A DNA stretch of 64,000 nucleotides from Dimorphilus gyrociliatus. Taxonomy: Eukaryota; Animalia; Annelida. Position numbers and translations under genes: made by a program. Location of the stretch: NCBI GenBank assembly GCA_904063045.1, contig CAJFCJ010000113.1, positions 23,126 to 87,125 on the forward strand, read 5' to 3'. Shown in pieces: positions 63,011 to 64,000 of this stretch (its first letter is position 1; each line of letters opens with the position of its first letter). The notes under the pieces are model-generated. The model worked only from the letters and a program-made list of their open reading frames with translations, was not told where the DNA came from and did not search any database.

Positions 63011-64000
63011 TGGAAGAATTTATTGATTTAATTAATATATCTTTCTAAGGCATAAATACATTATGTGTTTTGGGTGAAATAAAAAATTAATTGTCTTTCA
63101 TCTGCAAAGGCCATTTTTGTAGTATTTCAAAAACTGAGCATTCATTCTAAAATCATCAAATATTCAGAGTACTTTTACATTAGCAATGATAGTTTATTAT
63201 ATAAAGGTTTAGCATTGTTTTTGAGAGAAAAACAATATTCTCATAGTTCATAAAGAATTAACAGGTGCATTTGGTTACAACAGAAGAATCAAGATACTAA
63301 ATATAGTATCTTGATTCTTTAAAAAAAAAAATGATATGCTTACAATGTTTGATGAAGAAAAAGATTTTGAAAATGTACTTGCTGTTTTAAATTTGTCAGT
63401 CAATTCTGCAATTATAATAAACCTGAGTAATATATGATTAAGTATTTTTTGGTATTGTATTTTTGAGGATTTTGTTAAGGTTTTTGTTTGGGTAATGGTT
63501 TAGGGCCACTCACAAAATCTAATTTTTAATAAACCTATACATTTTAACTCAGCTCTGTGTATCACAAACTAGTCAAGCTCCCAACCATTTACCATTAATA
63601 GAAATAGATAAGGAACTAATTTTCAAGGCCTTTCGCCATGTCTATTGTATATTGACCACAGCCAGAACAAAAAGTCATTTTTCTACCACTTTCACATACA
63701 GTGAGGTAACCTTATATGACACTTTTTAGGGCTAGGGCTAGGGTTTTATACATAGGTATGCACTCTCATACTCCTAGTATGAATGCCTGAAAGGGTGACT
63801 TCATATGGAGAAATCAACTGTTTACTGAACAATGGCAGGATAATCTCTCAGATCGAAACCCTACATTGTCTATTAGACATAATACAAGGTCCACTCTGCC
63901 AGTTTTCCAACTGGGTGAGATATACTCCACAACTCAGTTAGATTTTTATATTTAAACTAGACAGCGAGACCTAAGTTCTGATGAATAGTTGAATAACTAC

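Overview
This window is AT-rich eukaryotic DNA with short GT-AG introns (~55-90 bp) and scattered TTAGGG motifs. It is most consistent with a compact-genome invertebrate, probably a lophotrochozoan such as an annelid (inference). It is a birth-and-death cluster of receptor-like genes shredded by transposons. Host content: three GRL101-like LDLa-LRR-7TM GPCR genes (one with an intact C-terminal half, two pseudogenes), about six intronless ribonuclease-inhibitor-type LRR-only ORFs or remnants, and discoidin/F-type-lectin/PAN-domain genes. Mobile content: two related Ty3/gypsy families (A and B, both with a tRNA-Ser-type PBS, several LTR copies), PHD-finger Mutator-like (MULE) transposons (one nested in another with a 9-bp TSD), and MITEs carrying telomere motifs. 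The three most striking observations are (1) a gypsy integrase tail running in frame into a signal-peptide-bearing, rhabdovirus-G-like (class III fusogen) env fragment at 55.9-57.3 kb, (2) a tandem array of SUMO-interacting-motif-like repeats inserted between protease and RT of gypsy family B at 46.4-46.7 kb, and (3) the standalone RI-type LRR family, repeatedly found next to family-B LTR sequence. I found no rRNA, tRNA or CRISPR. There is one assembly gap (5502-5783). All alignments were made by eye; no database search was run.
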